Shown here piece after piece: positions 25,462 to 35,666 of a stretch of DNA of 64,000 nucleotides. The notes beneath the pieces were generated by a model. The model worked only from the letters and a program-made list of their open reading frames with translations, did no database searches and was not told the DNA's origin. Position 1 is the first letter of the stretch, and the number at the start of each line of letters is the position of its first letter. Made by a program: the position numbers and the translations under genes. The stretch covers positions 62,001 through 126,000 of the forward strand of contig NIVC01002168.1 in assembly GCA_002269645.1 (NCBI GenBank), read 5' to 3'. Source of the DNA: Macrostomum lignano (lineage: Eukaryota).

Positions 25462-28400
25462 ATGGACATGCTACCGATAAATGTTATCACCATTTTTCTC
25501 TTGCTGATTACATGTTCCCTAACACATGCACTTGATGTTATATACGCTGTTAACTGTGGTGGGCAAGAGCACACAGATATTCACGGAATTCGCTACGAAC
25601 GGGACACATTAAGTGTTGGCATACCATCTGATTATGGCAGAAACTTAGAAATAGGAAGAGTTGTTCCTCAGGATCAAATATTATACCAAACTGAAAGGTA
25701 TCATACATCAAGTTTTACATATGAATTACCAATTCCTGGAGATGGCGAGTATGTACTTGTTCTGAAATTTTCAGAAGTATGGTTTGCAAATCCCAATCAG
25801 AAGGTAATAACCATAAATTTTTTTCATTATAATTGTAATTACTTTTTTTCATGGTTTAGACACAGTTTTATTTTAATTTTATACCTTCATATAGAATAAA
25901 CAATCTGAAAAGTATAGTCAAAATTTATTTTAGGCTTGTAGTTACAGCTAGGCATAGAGCTAGGGGCCAAGCTATGCCTATATAGGCTATACTAAGCACT
26001 ATTTAACCCAATGGCAATATTGGAAAATAGACCTAGCATATAATAAATGTCTTGTTGTAGCCGTAGGCCAAAAAAGTATGGCCGTTATCTTTGGCTTTAG
26101 CTAGGCCTAGGACTAGGTTTTGGGAGGGGCATGGCTCCCTTAGCCCTCCCTTAGATCTGTCCCTAATTTGAATTTATATAACTATTTCTATATTTTTCTA
26201 TATTTAATATATAACACCACTAATACTATACTATATACAAATTATCTAAAGTTTACATTGAATTCTTGCTATATTCCAAGTTGTGGATGGTATGCATGTA
26301 TGCCAAAACCTTTCCAGCATACAAAATAACAACCCTAAGTCCTTGGCATACACAATTGGTATACACAGCCCCTGGCACACTTTTGGCATACACAAGTAAC
26401 ACAACTATACTTTTTTGGTGTACAAATTTTGGTTAATAAATTCATGCTATGCATAAAAATTTTAATGTAAATCAACATTTTTACCATAGAGTAAAGGAAA
26501 ATTTGTATAGTCTAAAAAGTCTGTGATATAAAAAGTTTGCTTCTTTAAAATTAACAATAAAAAAATTAGTTTTAATTTTTACTAAGAATGTCAATTTTGC
26601 ATCATTATTTATGTAGGTATAATTTTAAGTTTGTTTAAGGGGGGCCGTAGCCCAGCGGTAGCGCAGCTGCTCTGGTGTGCCAGCGGCCCAGGCTCGATTC
26701 CAAGTGCAGTCACATTAATTCGGGGCTGAATTGGAATTTCGGCTTGGCTCGCTTGTGCAATTAACGGCCTTGAGAGCCAACCCCCCAAGGCACAGTGAAG
26801 TGTACATGCCTAACAATTGATAAAGTTAGGGCCGCTGTACACTCCTATGTGAGTGTGTGCCTGCGTAACAAATCCACGCGCTTGTATGCCTGCTCAGGGG
26901 AGTCGGCGGAATGGGCAGTAATGCCTCTCGCCGGTTGTGTGCCTGTTGCCTAAAGTGCGCCAGGGTGCACACAACCCCCCTGCCTCTAATAAAATAAAAA
27001 ATAATTTTGTTTAAAATGGAAAAATTCATAATATTTTTAAAAAACTTCATACAAAAGCCTTTCTTAGAAAACTCTACTCATGAAAACCAAATGACTTTTT
27101 AGGAGGAATTTTTGGCATACATTTTAGGGAATTTTTTGTTTTTGGCATATACTGGCATATATTTAGATGAGCTAGGATTCTTGTTGCGGCATATACTACT
27201 ACACAATCCACAACCTAGGCTATATTCTATATATAATTTAAGTTTTATAGGCCTACTTTAATTAGATTAATATTGAACAATCTATTTTATCTTATATGCC
27301 ACATGCATAAAGGTTAGATTAAATATATAGTATATTTAGATATATTAGAAGAGATTCAAGGGATAGACTATGGATAGACCAGGTAGTGGCCTAAAAATTC
27401 CCATGTGTCATAATAGTGCATATCAAAAAATCTTAGTGGGCTCCTTTTTGCTTACTATATATATGGTACTCAACTTCCTAGAACTTTGTTATATATTGTG
27501 TGTAGGAATATACAGCACTAGACTACCTATGGCCCAAGATGAAAAACTTTCAAAAAATGCAATACATTTTTCAATTTTGCTAAAAACCAATTGTAACAAA
27601 CTTTAAAACAAAATATATTAGAAAATTGTATCACATAGAGTTCAAATGCATAATAATAAGGTGATATTTTTGCATGTGCTAGGCCTATGCTCGCTCTGTC
27701 TTCCTAATTGTTAGCCTTTGCCTAGTCACTTATCTTATGAGCTGCCACCAAAGTTGTCCTAGGGGTTACTTCTGTCTCTAATAATAATTTCACACTGTCA
27801 CCAAAAGCTGTCACAGGGCTAATTTACTAATCTCTTAAGTGTTCTTTTTAGGTTGGTAGCTGCCACCAAGATTATTCGATTAATAAATTATGGGTTTATC
27901 AATATTAGAATAATCTGAGAAATGTTTCTTAGAATAGGTCTGAGTATAAGTCTATAAGTATCAGTCTAAGTATAAGTCTAAGAATAAGTCTAGGTATATG
28001 TCTAAGGATTAGTCTAAGTATCTACTTCTATTGGTAGCGTTCTTAGTATATATATTGGTAGCGTTCTTAGTATATGCCGAGTGGTCTACTATTGGCCTGG
28101 AATGTATTTCTCAGAATGATCTTCCTTGTAATTCTTTTGCAGTTATTTAAGTATCTGATCAGCTAGTCTAGTCCTTTAGGCATTCCCAAGATTAGAGGGT
28201 CATGGCCTTCTCAATACTGTATATGTATTCCCGAGATCTACTTTGTTTCACTTCAATCTCCTTGGTATTCTGCATATCAGTAGTATCTGTGGTATGATTA
28301 ACTTCCACTTCACTCTTCGAATTGAAAAATTTACCAAGTCTTGAAAAGATTTCTATGTAACAGTTTAAAGCTCAACAAGTAGTAAGACTTGAGACTAATT

Positions 28401-31142
28401 TAGGAACAGGCAATCAGCCAAGTTGGTGGCTCTTTGGCCAGATCCCGTCTATTTATACTATTTTAAGACTTGATCAATATTAATTTTGATATATGCAGTA
28501 TTAAAACAAATAGGGCTAAAATTAGTTTTCGGTTTAAAAATATATACAAATTTTATATGAATATTATTATTAAATGTTGGAAGATTAAAACAAATAATAT
28601 GTGAATATTATTCTTGAGTGATTAAACTCGAAATTATTATTGACAAATTTATTTACAAAAAACTTGCACATGTATACAAAACAAAAGTAAATATAGTAAA
28701 ATACACTTGATAGCAATTTGAAGTTAGCTTTCTAAAAAACCATCTATAATATATGATCTATTAAATTCCAAAATCATTAGTGTAATAAGTAGAAATTATT
28801 TTGCTCATAATGAAAAATCAAAGAGAATGAATATGTTTATCAATTCTTGAACCTTAGTTTATATGTCACAGTGGTAATATTAAAACTATTGTAGACCTTT
28901 GCTTAAATCTCACTAATGCCACCAAACTTATAATAGGGCTATATTGCAAATCCAAAAAGCTGCCATCAAGTTGTAACAAGTATTTTTTCTAGTTACAAAC
29001 TGAACTTAATTTCCTTAGATTATCTCCTAAGCATAAATCCTTAAGAATAACATCTGAATATAGGTCTATGTAGGTCTTAAAATTGGTTTAAGTATAAATC
29101 TGATAACAAGTCTCAGTATGTGTCTTAGTATTTGTCCAAATATTTCTTACTTCTTCTGAGTAGCATTCTTACCATGTATTGGTAGTGTTTCATTGTTTTT
29201 TTTTACCATACTGTTTTTTTGGCTTAGAGATTCTTATGTGTCTCTTAGATTCTTGTAGATTTCTTAGTATTAGTTATCTAGGTATTCAACTATCTAGTCC
29301 TTTAGTGTTACCAAGATTAGAGGGTCACAGCCTACTTACTTACTCTACTTACTTAATACATACTTTATATGTATTTCTGAGATCTACTTGGTTTCACTTT
29401 GATCTCCTTAGTATTCTGCACTCAGTAGATACAGTATGATTTCCTTCTACTTATTTCGAAAATTCAGTAAGTCTTTAAAAAGATTTCCATTTTTATACTA
29501 TTTTGGAACTCAGTCAATTTTAATTTTGAGATAAAAGACATTTAAACAAATAAGCAAAATTAAAAGTGAATGTTATTTCTCAGTTTAAAAATGTACACAA
29601 ATTAAACATGAATGTTATTGGCAAACATTAGATGATTAAAACAATTATCATTCAATATTTTTTTGATTGTTTAAAAATACAAACAAAATGCTCAATATTA
29701 TTGCTGACTATTACTTAAAACTATTATTACTACTATTAGTAGCACACATATTCTGTCTTTATCCTTCATTGAAATTTGTTTCAGATCCCAACAAGACAAA
29801 CTTAAGAAGTTAAGAAGTCATGTTTTTTTAAAAAGGTCAATAATTTTTATAGTCAGAAAAATGTCTACTTTGTACTCAATTTAGGTATTTTATGTCAATA
29901 ATCAATAATTATATTAACAAAATCTTTTACACCTGTAATCCCAGCGCAAAAATGCTAGCAGCTACAATCGCATTTCATTTCATTCGATAAGTAATGGGCA
30001 AACAAAGGCCCTGCGCTTCAGCCCTGGGGGGGGGGCTTTTACGCAATTGATATATTTTGTATTCCTAGTGGTGCGATACATAGTATTTTAAGTGATCGAG
30101 TTTGGAAAAATAAAACAAATTAAATCAATACAGTATTAAAACTAAATAAAACTATAAGAGTCAAATCAATTAAATTTAAACCTTAAAACAAATCGCCATC
30201 TTCGGGACAATCGCAACTCTGGGATTAAGTTTTAAAACTTTCTGGACATCCTTTCCAGGCGCTCTAACTTTTTATTCTACTTGTATTACTTAAAGTAGTT
30301 AGTCTGTCTGTAGAGTAATATACATGATTCCTAACAATGACAATCAGGTATTCGACGTGCTGCTCAACAGCGAGCATGTGATCGTCTCTGGACTGGACAT
30401 CTTCGCCAGAGTTGGCCGCGGAGTCGCTCACGACGAAATCGTGCCGTTCCGGGTGAAAGGCGACCGCCTGTTTGTCGGCAGCGACAATTCCCAGTTCTAC
30501 AATCGGCGCCTGTCGTTGGAGTTCGTCAAAGGCGACCGGGATAATCCCAAGATTAACGCCATCGTGTTGATCAAAGGTGAGCTGCGTTTTTTTGTCGGAC
30601 CAATTTTTCTAAAGCTTTTCTGGTATGTAGATGGGATCAAACTCCCCATTGGGATTTCTGGATCTGAGACTTGCAGATGGGATCAGACTCCCCATTGGGA
30701 TTTTCGGATCTGAGACTTGCAGATGGAATCAAACTCCCCATTGGGATTTTCGGGTGTAAGACGTTGCAGATGGGATTAAACTCCCCATTGGGATTTTGCG
30801 GAGGAGGATCAAACTCGCAGGTGACAGGCGATGGAATTCTTCCTTAATCCGCATCGCCGAGCAGGTAGCATCGAAGAGGTGCCGCGCCTGCCGCCGATCC
30901 CTGGCGGCCAGCAGCCGCTGGAGGGCGGCGACCTGGACCAGGCGGTGCCGGACGCGGCGCACGACCCCGCGCCGGCTGCGGCCTCGGTAGAGGACGAGGA
31001 GGCCACGAGGCGGAAGCGGAAGGTGTCCGGCCCGAAGGCCTCAGATCCGTACCAGGCGGACCCGGCGTCCACCGCCCTGCTGCCGGTGCTCATCGCAGTG
31101 GCCGCGGCGCTGCCGCTGTTCTTCTGCCTCTGCAAGCTGTGA
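25462..31142 (+). CDS. MLEC: Malectin (ER glucose-binding lectin), about 282 aa. Exons 25462-25803, 30348-30576, 30865-31142
   Basis: Signal peptide, VIYAVNCGG..H.D..GI.Y..D, DYG..L.I.RV..QDQILYQTERYH, DG.YVLVLKFSEVWF...QKVFDV.LN..H....LDIF..VG...AHDE, LEFVKG..DNPKINAI, acidic linker, C-terminal TM ending FCLCKL. GT-AG junctions, phases 0 and 1. Confidence 0.95.
26639..27005 (+). mobile_element. tRNA-derived SINE in malectin intron 1
   Basis: GGGGCCGTAGCCCAGCGG head with Pol III A box TAGCCCAGCGG (26648-26658) and B-box-like GGCTCGATTCC (26691-26701); GC-rich body within AT-rich DNA; (TAA/AAT)-type tail; possible TSD TTTGTTTAA (26630-26638, 27006-27014). Confidence 0.75.
27940..29700. repeat. 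Old diverged tandem duplication (period about 1.1 kb) in malectin intron 1
   Basis: CCAAGATTAGAGGGTCA...GAGATCTACTT.GTTTCACTT..ATCTCCTT.GTATTCTGCA at about 28225-28290 and 29310-29425; further matching AT-rich blocks follow each copy. Confidence 0.7.
30628..30800. repeat. 46-bp minisatellite in malectin intron 2
   Basis: GATGGGATCAAACTCCCCATTGGGATTT..GGATCTGAGACTTGCA, about 3.7 copies. Confidence 0.85.
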
Positions 31143-33059
31143 GTGACCAGCGCGAGCGGGGCCGACTTGGCTGATTCCCAATCCTTTGGCAGAGCCGCGG
31201 TCAGTTGCAGTCAGTGTTTTTACTCTAAACGTATAATTCAACTTTTGCATCCAACGGCCGCTGGAGTAAAACTCGGATTATGTACATTTTAGAAGGCTTA
31301 TTTCCTGGAAAAATGAAATTTTCTTCCTTTCCTAGTTGTTTAATTTAACTTTTGGCTTTAAGAAGAAGAGATAAACATTTCCGATCTTTATAGTGTATTT
31401 TCTCTAGAAACTGGCCTTCTAAAAACCGCAGATCTTCGAGTTTACAAGCAACCCTGTAAACGTACCTGTGTGGTCTCACTATTTGCACACTGCGAGAGCA
31501 CAGCGTGTTTATCAATTTGTACTGCCGTTTTTTAATGAAATAAAATTCTTTATGTATTCGGCAAAGCACTAATTTTGTTCCCGTAAGTAACATTCATATG
31601 CATATTCCTAATCGTTTTGTTTACCCGTGTCCGTGTGTTGAGGCTGGATTTATATTTACTTTATACGATTAGTCATAATTGCATACTACAATAATTTCAT
31701 AACTATCTGACTCTCCCTTAATCTTCTCTCTACACTATCTTGCTGATGTTAAGCTCATTCAATATGTAATCTTGATAAACCCTCTGTCAGTTTCTGAAAT
31801 TGATGTACTCAAGTGACATCAGTGGAAGAATTTATTTAAGTGTGTCACACGTTCTTGCTTGCATTGGATGCGGGTCTGGCATAGTTAGAGTTTTCTCGTC
31901 TCTTTTTGTAGCCATTTTTTAAACTTTGCTTTTGTCTGTCTGTTAGCTTCTGTTTGCTTTAGTTATTGAATTTTTCTGCTGAATTCCGAGCGCGCACGTG
32001 ACTGCCTGTCCCGGCCGTTTCTGCGTTTGAATTGTTGCTAGCAAAATACTGCAAATTAATTATTAATTTAGTGCCCGTATTGGCAACTAAAGCAAGTGCC
32101 GGTGCCAAACTAGCATTGTAGGAGTTGCACAGTTCCATGTGCAGCAACATCTGTCTGTCTTTAATAAACTGTAGGTTCAACAAAGCGCAAAATTCTCAAC
32201 AATAGCTGCTACATTTTGCACCCAATTTGATCGTGTTAATTGTTTCTTAATTGGGTTGAAATTATTTTTGGACAGTTTCGATAAAAGGTAAAAAATGATA
32301 ATTTTCATACTACTGAATAGACAGTAGTTTAGTCGCAAAATCGACTTTATTACTTTAAAAAACCGACTAAGATGAGCTTGCGTCACACAGTATGTATCTT
32401 AAAAAATAACAAGTGAGTTAACTTAACACAGGAACCAGATTATAAGTGAACCGAAAAGAAAATAATATGTGCCATTATTGGTCTGTAATAAATGTATTAA
32501 ATAATGAAAAGCAGAGTCAGCTGCGCAAAGTAATGTTGCAGGGACAAAATAAAAATATTGCCCTGCATTTTGGAGATTAAAAAAACCCAAACATATTGCA
32601 CTGCAAAACTAAAAGCCGGTTTGAACTATTGTTTTGACACATTGACATATTGAATAAGAACGCCGATATTACAGGGAAGGTACAAAAAATTAAGAGTTAT
32701 TACCTATATACAAATCTGCATTCAGATAAGCAACAGTGAATCTTATAATGCATTGCTATTGTGCAAACGATAGACAATAGATAAAAATCAATACAAACAG
32801 ATTCACAGAGAAGCAAATAGGCTTGTATTGAGAGATTGCCACGATTAATGCAAGGCTAAAAAGTCTGATATAGTTTAACTAAGTACATAATCGCCCAGCC
32901 AATCAGAGCAGAGTGAATTTACAAATCCAGCGAACAGAACTCCCAAAAGTTGAAAGATGTGGAATGAAAACAGCTATTGGCAGATTAATTTTATAAATGA
33001 GACAGTTGCATAAAATTGATAATTAAAACGAAATGAAAAATTCCGTTCCTGCGGGCTTG

Positions 33060-33432
33060 GTCAGCAGGGCTGGCCATAGACTATCGCTGCCACTTTAACA
33101 CTCTGCTATGCCAAGCCGTTCCTGCCAGCTGGGTCAGCAGGGCTGGCCATAGACTATCGCTGCCACTTTAACACTCTGCTATGCCAAGCCGTTCCTGCCA
33201 GCTGGGTCAGCAGGGCTGGCCATAGACTATCGCTGCCACTTTAACACTCTGCTATGCCAAGCCGTTCCTGCCAGCTGGGTCAGCAGGGCTGGCCATAGAC
33301 TATCGCTGCCACTTTAACACTCTGCTATGCCAAGCCGTTCCTGCCAGCTGGGTCAGCAGGACTGGCCATAGACTATCGCTGCCACTTTAACACTCTGTTA
33401 TGCCAATCCGTGTCAGCAGGACTGGCCATAGA
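33060..33432. repeat. 73-bp tandem repeat just downstream of the SAPCD2-like stop
   Basis: GTCAGCAGGGCTGGCCATAGACTATCGCTGCCAC..., about 5 near-identical copies. Confidence 0.92.
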
Positions 33433-33531
33433 CGATTTTACATATTTTGCCTAGCAACTTAACTTTCAAAGGCTTCTGTCGGCAGTTTTTGCTAGTGTTA
33501 AGCCCAGGAAAATGAATCAATCAGATTTAAG

Positions 33532-35666
33532 CTAGCCTAGAGTCTGAGCCTGCAGCAGGGTCCGCAGCAGTTGCGACTTCTCCCTCTCCAACTGCTGGAT
33601 TCGCGCCTCCTGATCAGCCAGCAGGCGGCCAGCCGCTGCGGTTGCCGCGGTGGTCGGCGACGCCGCGGCGCCGTTGGCATCGCCAATGCAGGGCAGAACC
33701 GCTCGCAGCATCGCGGTTGAAGGCAGCGATGAAGATGAAGCTGCAACAGAAGCTGGGCCGCCGCTGCCGTTGGCGTCATCAAAGTTGCCGGGACAGCCGG
33801 CGAGCTGCGACTGCAGGTCGGCGATCTGAGCGACCAGTGACTGCCTGCAGGCTTCCACGCATTCGTAGGCCTGCGGGGTGGTGATTCCGTGCGCAAACAC
33901 ATTCATTTGGGGCTTTTGTGCAGGAAAATTTTCCAAGGGGGGGGGGGTTGTCGTGTACATGCCTGACAATTATTAGAAAGTCAAGGCAGCTGTACACTGT
34001 TTGAGCGTTTGAATGAGTGCGTTAAAACGAACAAAAAGGCTATCGCTACTTACCTGTCGAACGCAGCGCAGACGCTCTCGAAGCAGCGCACCGCGGGCAT
34101 GATAACTGCCGCTGAACCTGTCTGGATTCTCCACGAAGCTGGCAAATTTAGCCAACGATTGATGAGGCTTAGACTGCTGCTGCTGCTGCTGCTTCGCCGG
34201 TAATGCCGCAGATGAAGAGGCTGCAGTCGCAGGCTGGGGCTGAGCTGAGGAGACAGGCTCTGTAGCGACGCTTGGACGAGAAATGCGAAAAGACTGCGAG
34301 CGCGACAGGGGCCGGGTGAAAGCCTGCGGATTGGGACAATTTTATTCTTAGCGGCGGAGAATGCGACTGCGAGACCCAAAAGCCGCTTCCAATTACTGAA
34401 GGATTTGCATTCAGGTAGGCGGCTCACCTGAACCAGCCGTTTCATAGGCGAACGCGCCCGCTGTCTGTGCCGCTCCTGAGCCGAAGCTGGCGGCGGCGGA
34501 GGCTGCTGCGGTTTCGCGGGCAGCAGCGAAGAGGGTCGCGGAGGCGGCGGTGGCGGAGGCGGGGGCCCCCTAGCAGCAGGGTGGCTGATCAAAGTCTCGT
34601 ATTCGTCAGCGTCCGGACCGTCGCGTCCGACGGCGTCTCCGTCGGTTGACGGCGGCAGCGGAGCTGGCGAAGTTGGCGCGCTGCACACGCCGGCAGCGGT
34701 GGTCGTCCGTGCGGCACCGGCGGCTTCGATCTGGTGGCGCGCCGTACGCCGACTCCGTCCATGGCGCCGACGCCGCCGATGCCGCAATCCAGCGAGTTGT
34801 TCATATAGGTGTCATAGTCTGGCGGGCGAAGCGGTCGAGGCCTGCCATCGAATTCCCGGTCCAGCACGCCACTGTCGCTGTAGACGCGGAGCGGCGGGCC
34901 GCGGTGCGGAGCGGGCTTGGGCGGCTGGGAGGGCTCTAGCGATCTGCTGAATTCCGTTATTGTATAAAATTACGGAATTAAAATGCGTGTAATCTACTCT
35001 CATGACTGAAAACTAGTAGTATTATTGAGTATTGTCGCAATATTTCTTTAGTTCATCTGTTTTCTCTCCCTTTCTGTCCAGTTCAATCCTGTTATTCTTA
35101 TCTCTCTCCCTCGCGGCCTTCTGATTGGCTCTTCAATCTCACCTCTTTCCTTAGTCGCGCACTTTCTCAGTGCTCAACTCACCCCCTCAATTAGTATACT
35201 TGCTTCGGGCCACTGATTCAATTTCAATTAGTTCTAATTCCACTAGGGTTGCATTAGTCAACACCCACAACCGCGGTGCCCACAACAGGATCTGGATATC
35301 AGTACAGAGTGGCAAGACCAACCTGCTGTCAAAAGTCCTATAGCCGCTCTCCGAAGCCACAGCTGGCTCAGCCAGTTGCTGGGCGGACCCAGAGGCCGTG
35401 GCGTACGGCTCGCAGGTTGCCAGACAGTGACCGACAGCCTGGCTAAACTGCTCGAACCCCAGCCTATTGTCATAGTCCGAATACTTCTGGAATGCGTCAA
35501 TCAGGGCGAACGAAACGGCATAGTCGGAGAGCTGCCAGTAGCGAATGAGGCTGGGCGTCGACACGGTGGACTGGCCGTCGGCAAGGATGTCGAAAAGGCA
35601 GGCCAGGTGAGCAGAGAACTCGCTTGATGATAAGCCATTGTTGGACTCGTCTGCAGTGGACACCAT
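33532..35666 (-). CDS. SAPCD2: SAPCD2-like (suppressor APC domain-containing) protein. Exons 35666-35323, 34943-34428, 34323-34054, 33870-33532; one apparent 1-bp deletion near 34700-34725
   Basis: N-terminal EF-hand-like segment (F..HL..LFDIL...W...L.F.QF), central helix LLRERLRCVRQ|AYECVEACRQSLVAQIADLQSQL, and C-terminal coiled coil ARIQQLEREKSQLLRTLLQAQ, recalled as resembling SAPCD2 (..RITQLEQEKSALIKQLFEAR). GT-AG junctions fit if exon 2 gains one base. True start could lie in an unseen upstream exon. Confidence 0.65.

Noticed and set aside
26641-26712. Functional tRNA gene
   Set aside because: Acceptor stem does not close, the B box is imperfect, and it continues into a SINE-like body and tail.
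29930-29947. 7SL/Alu-like motif CCTGTAATCCCAGC
   Set aside because: Only a 14-nt match with no further 7SL similarity; compatible with chance.
33871-33969. N-terminal part of ORF 33532-33969 as coding
   Set aside because: The acceptor at 33963 gives the wrong phase; CCGCAG|GCC at 33870 is in phase and restores the conserved helix.
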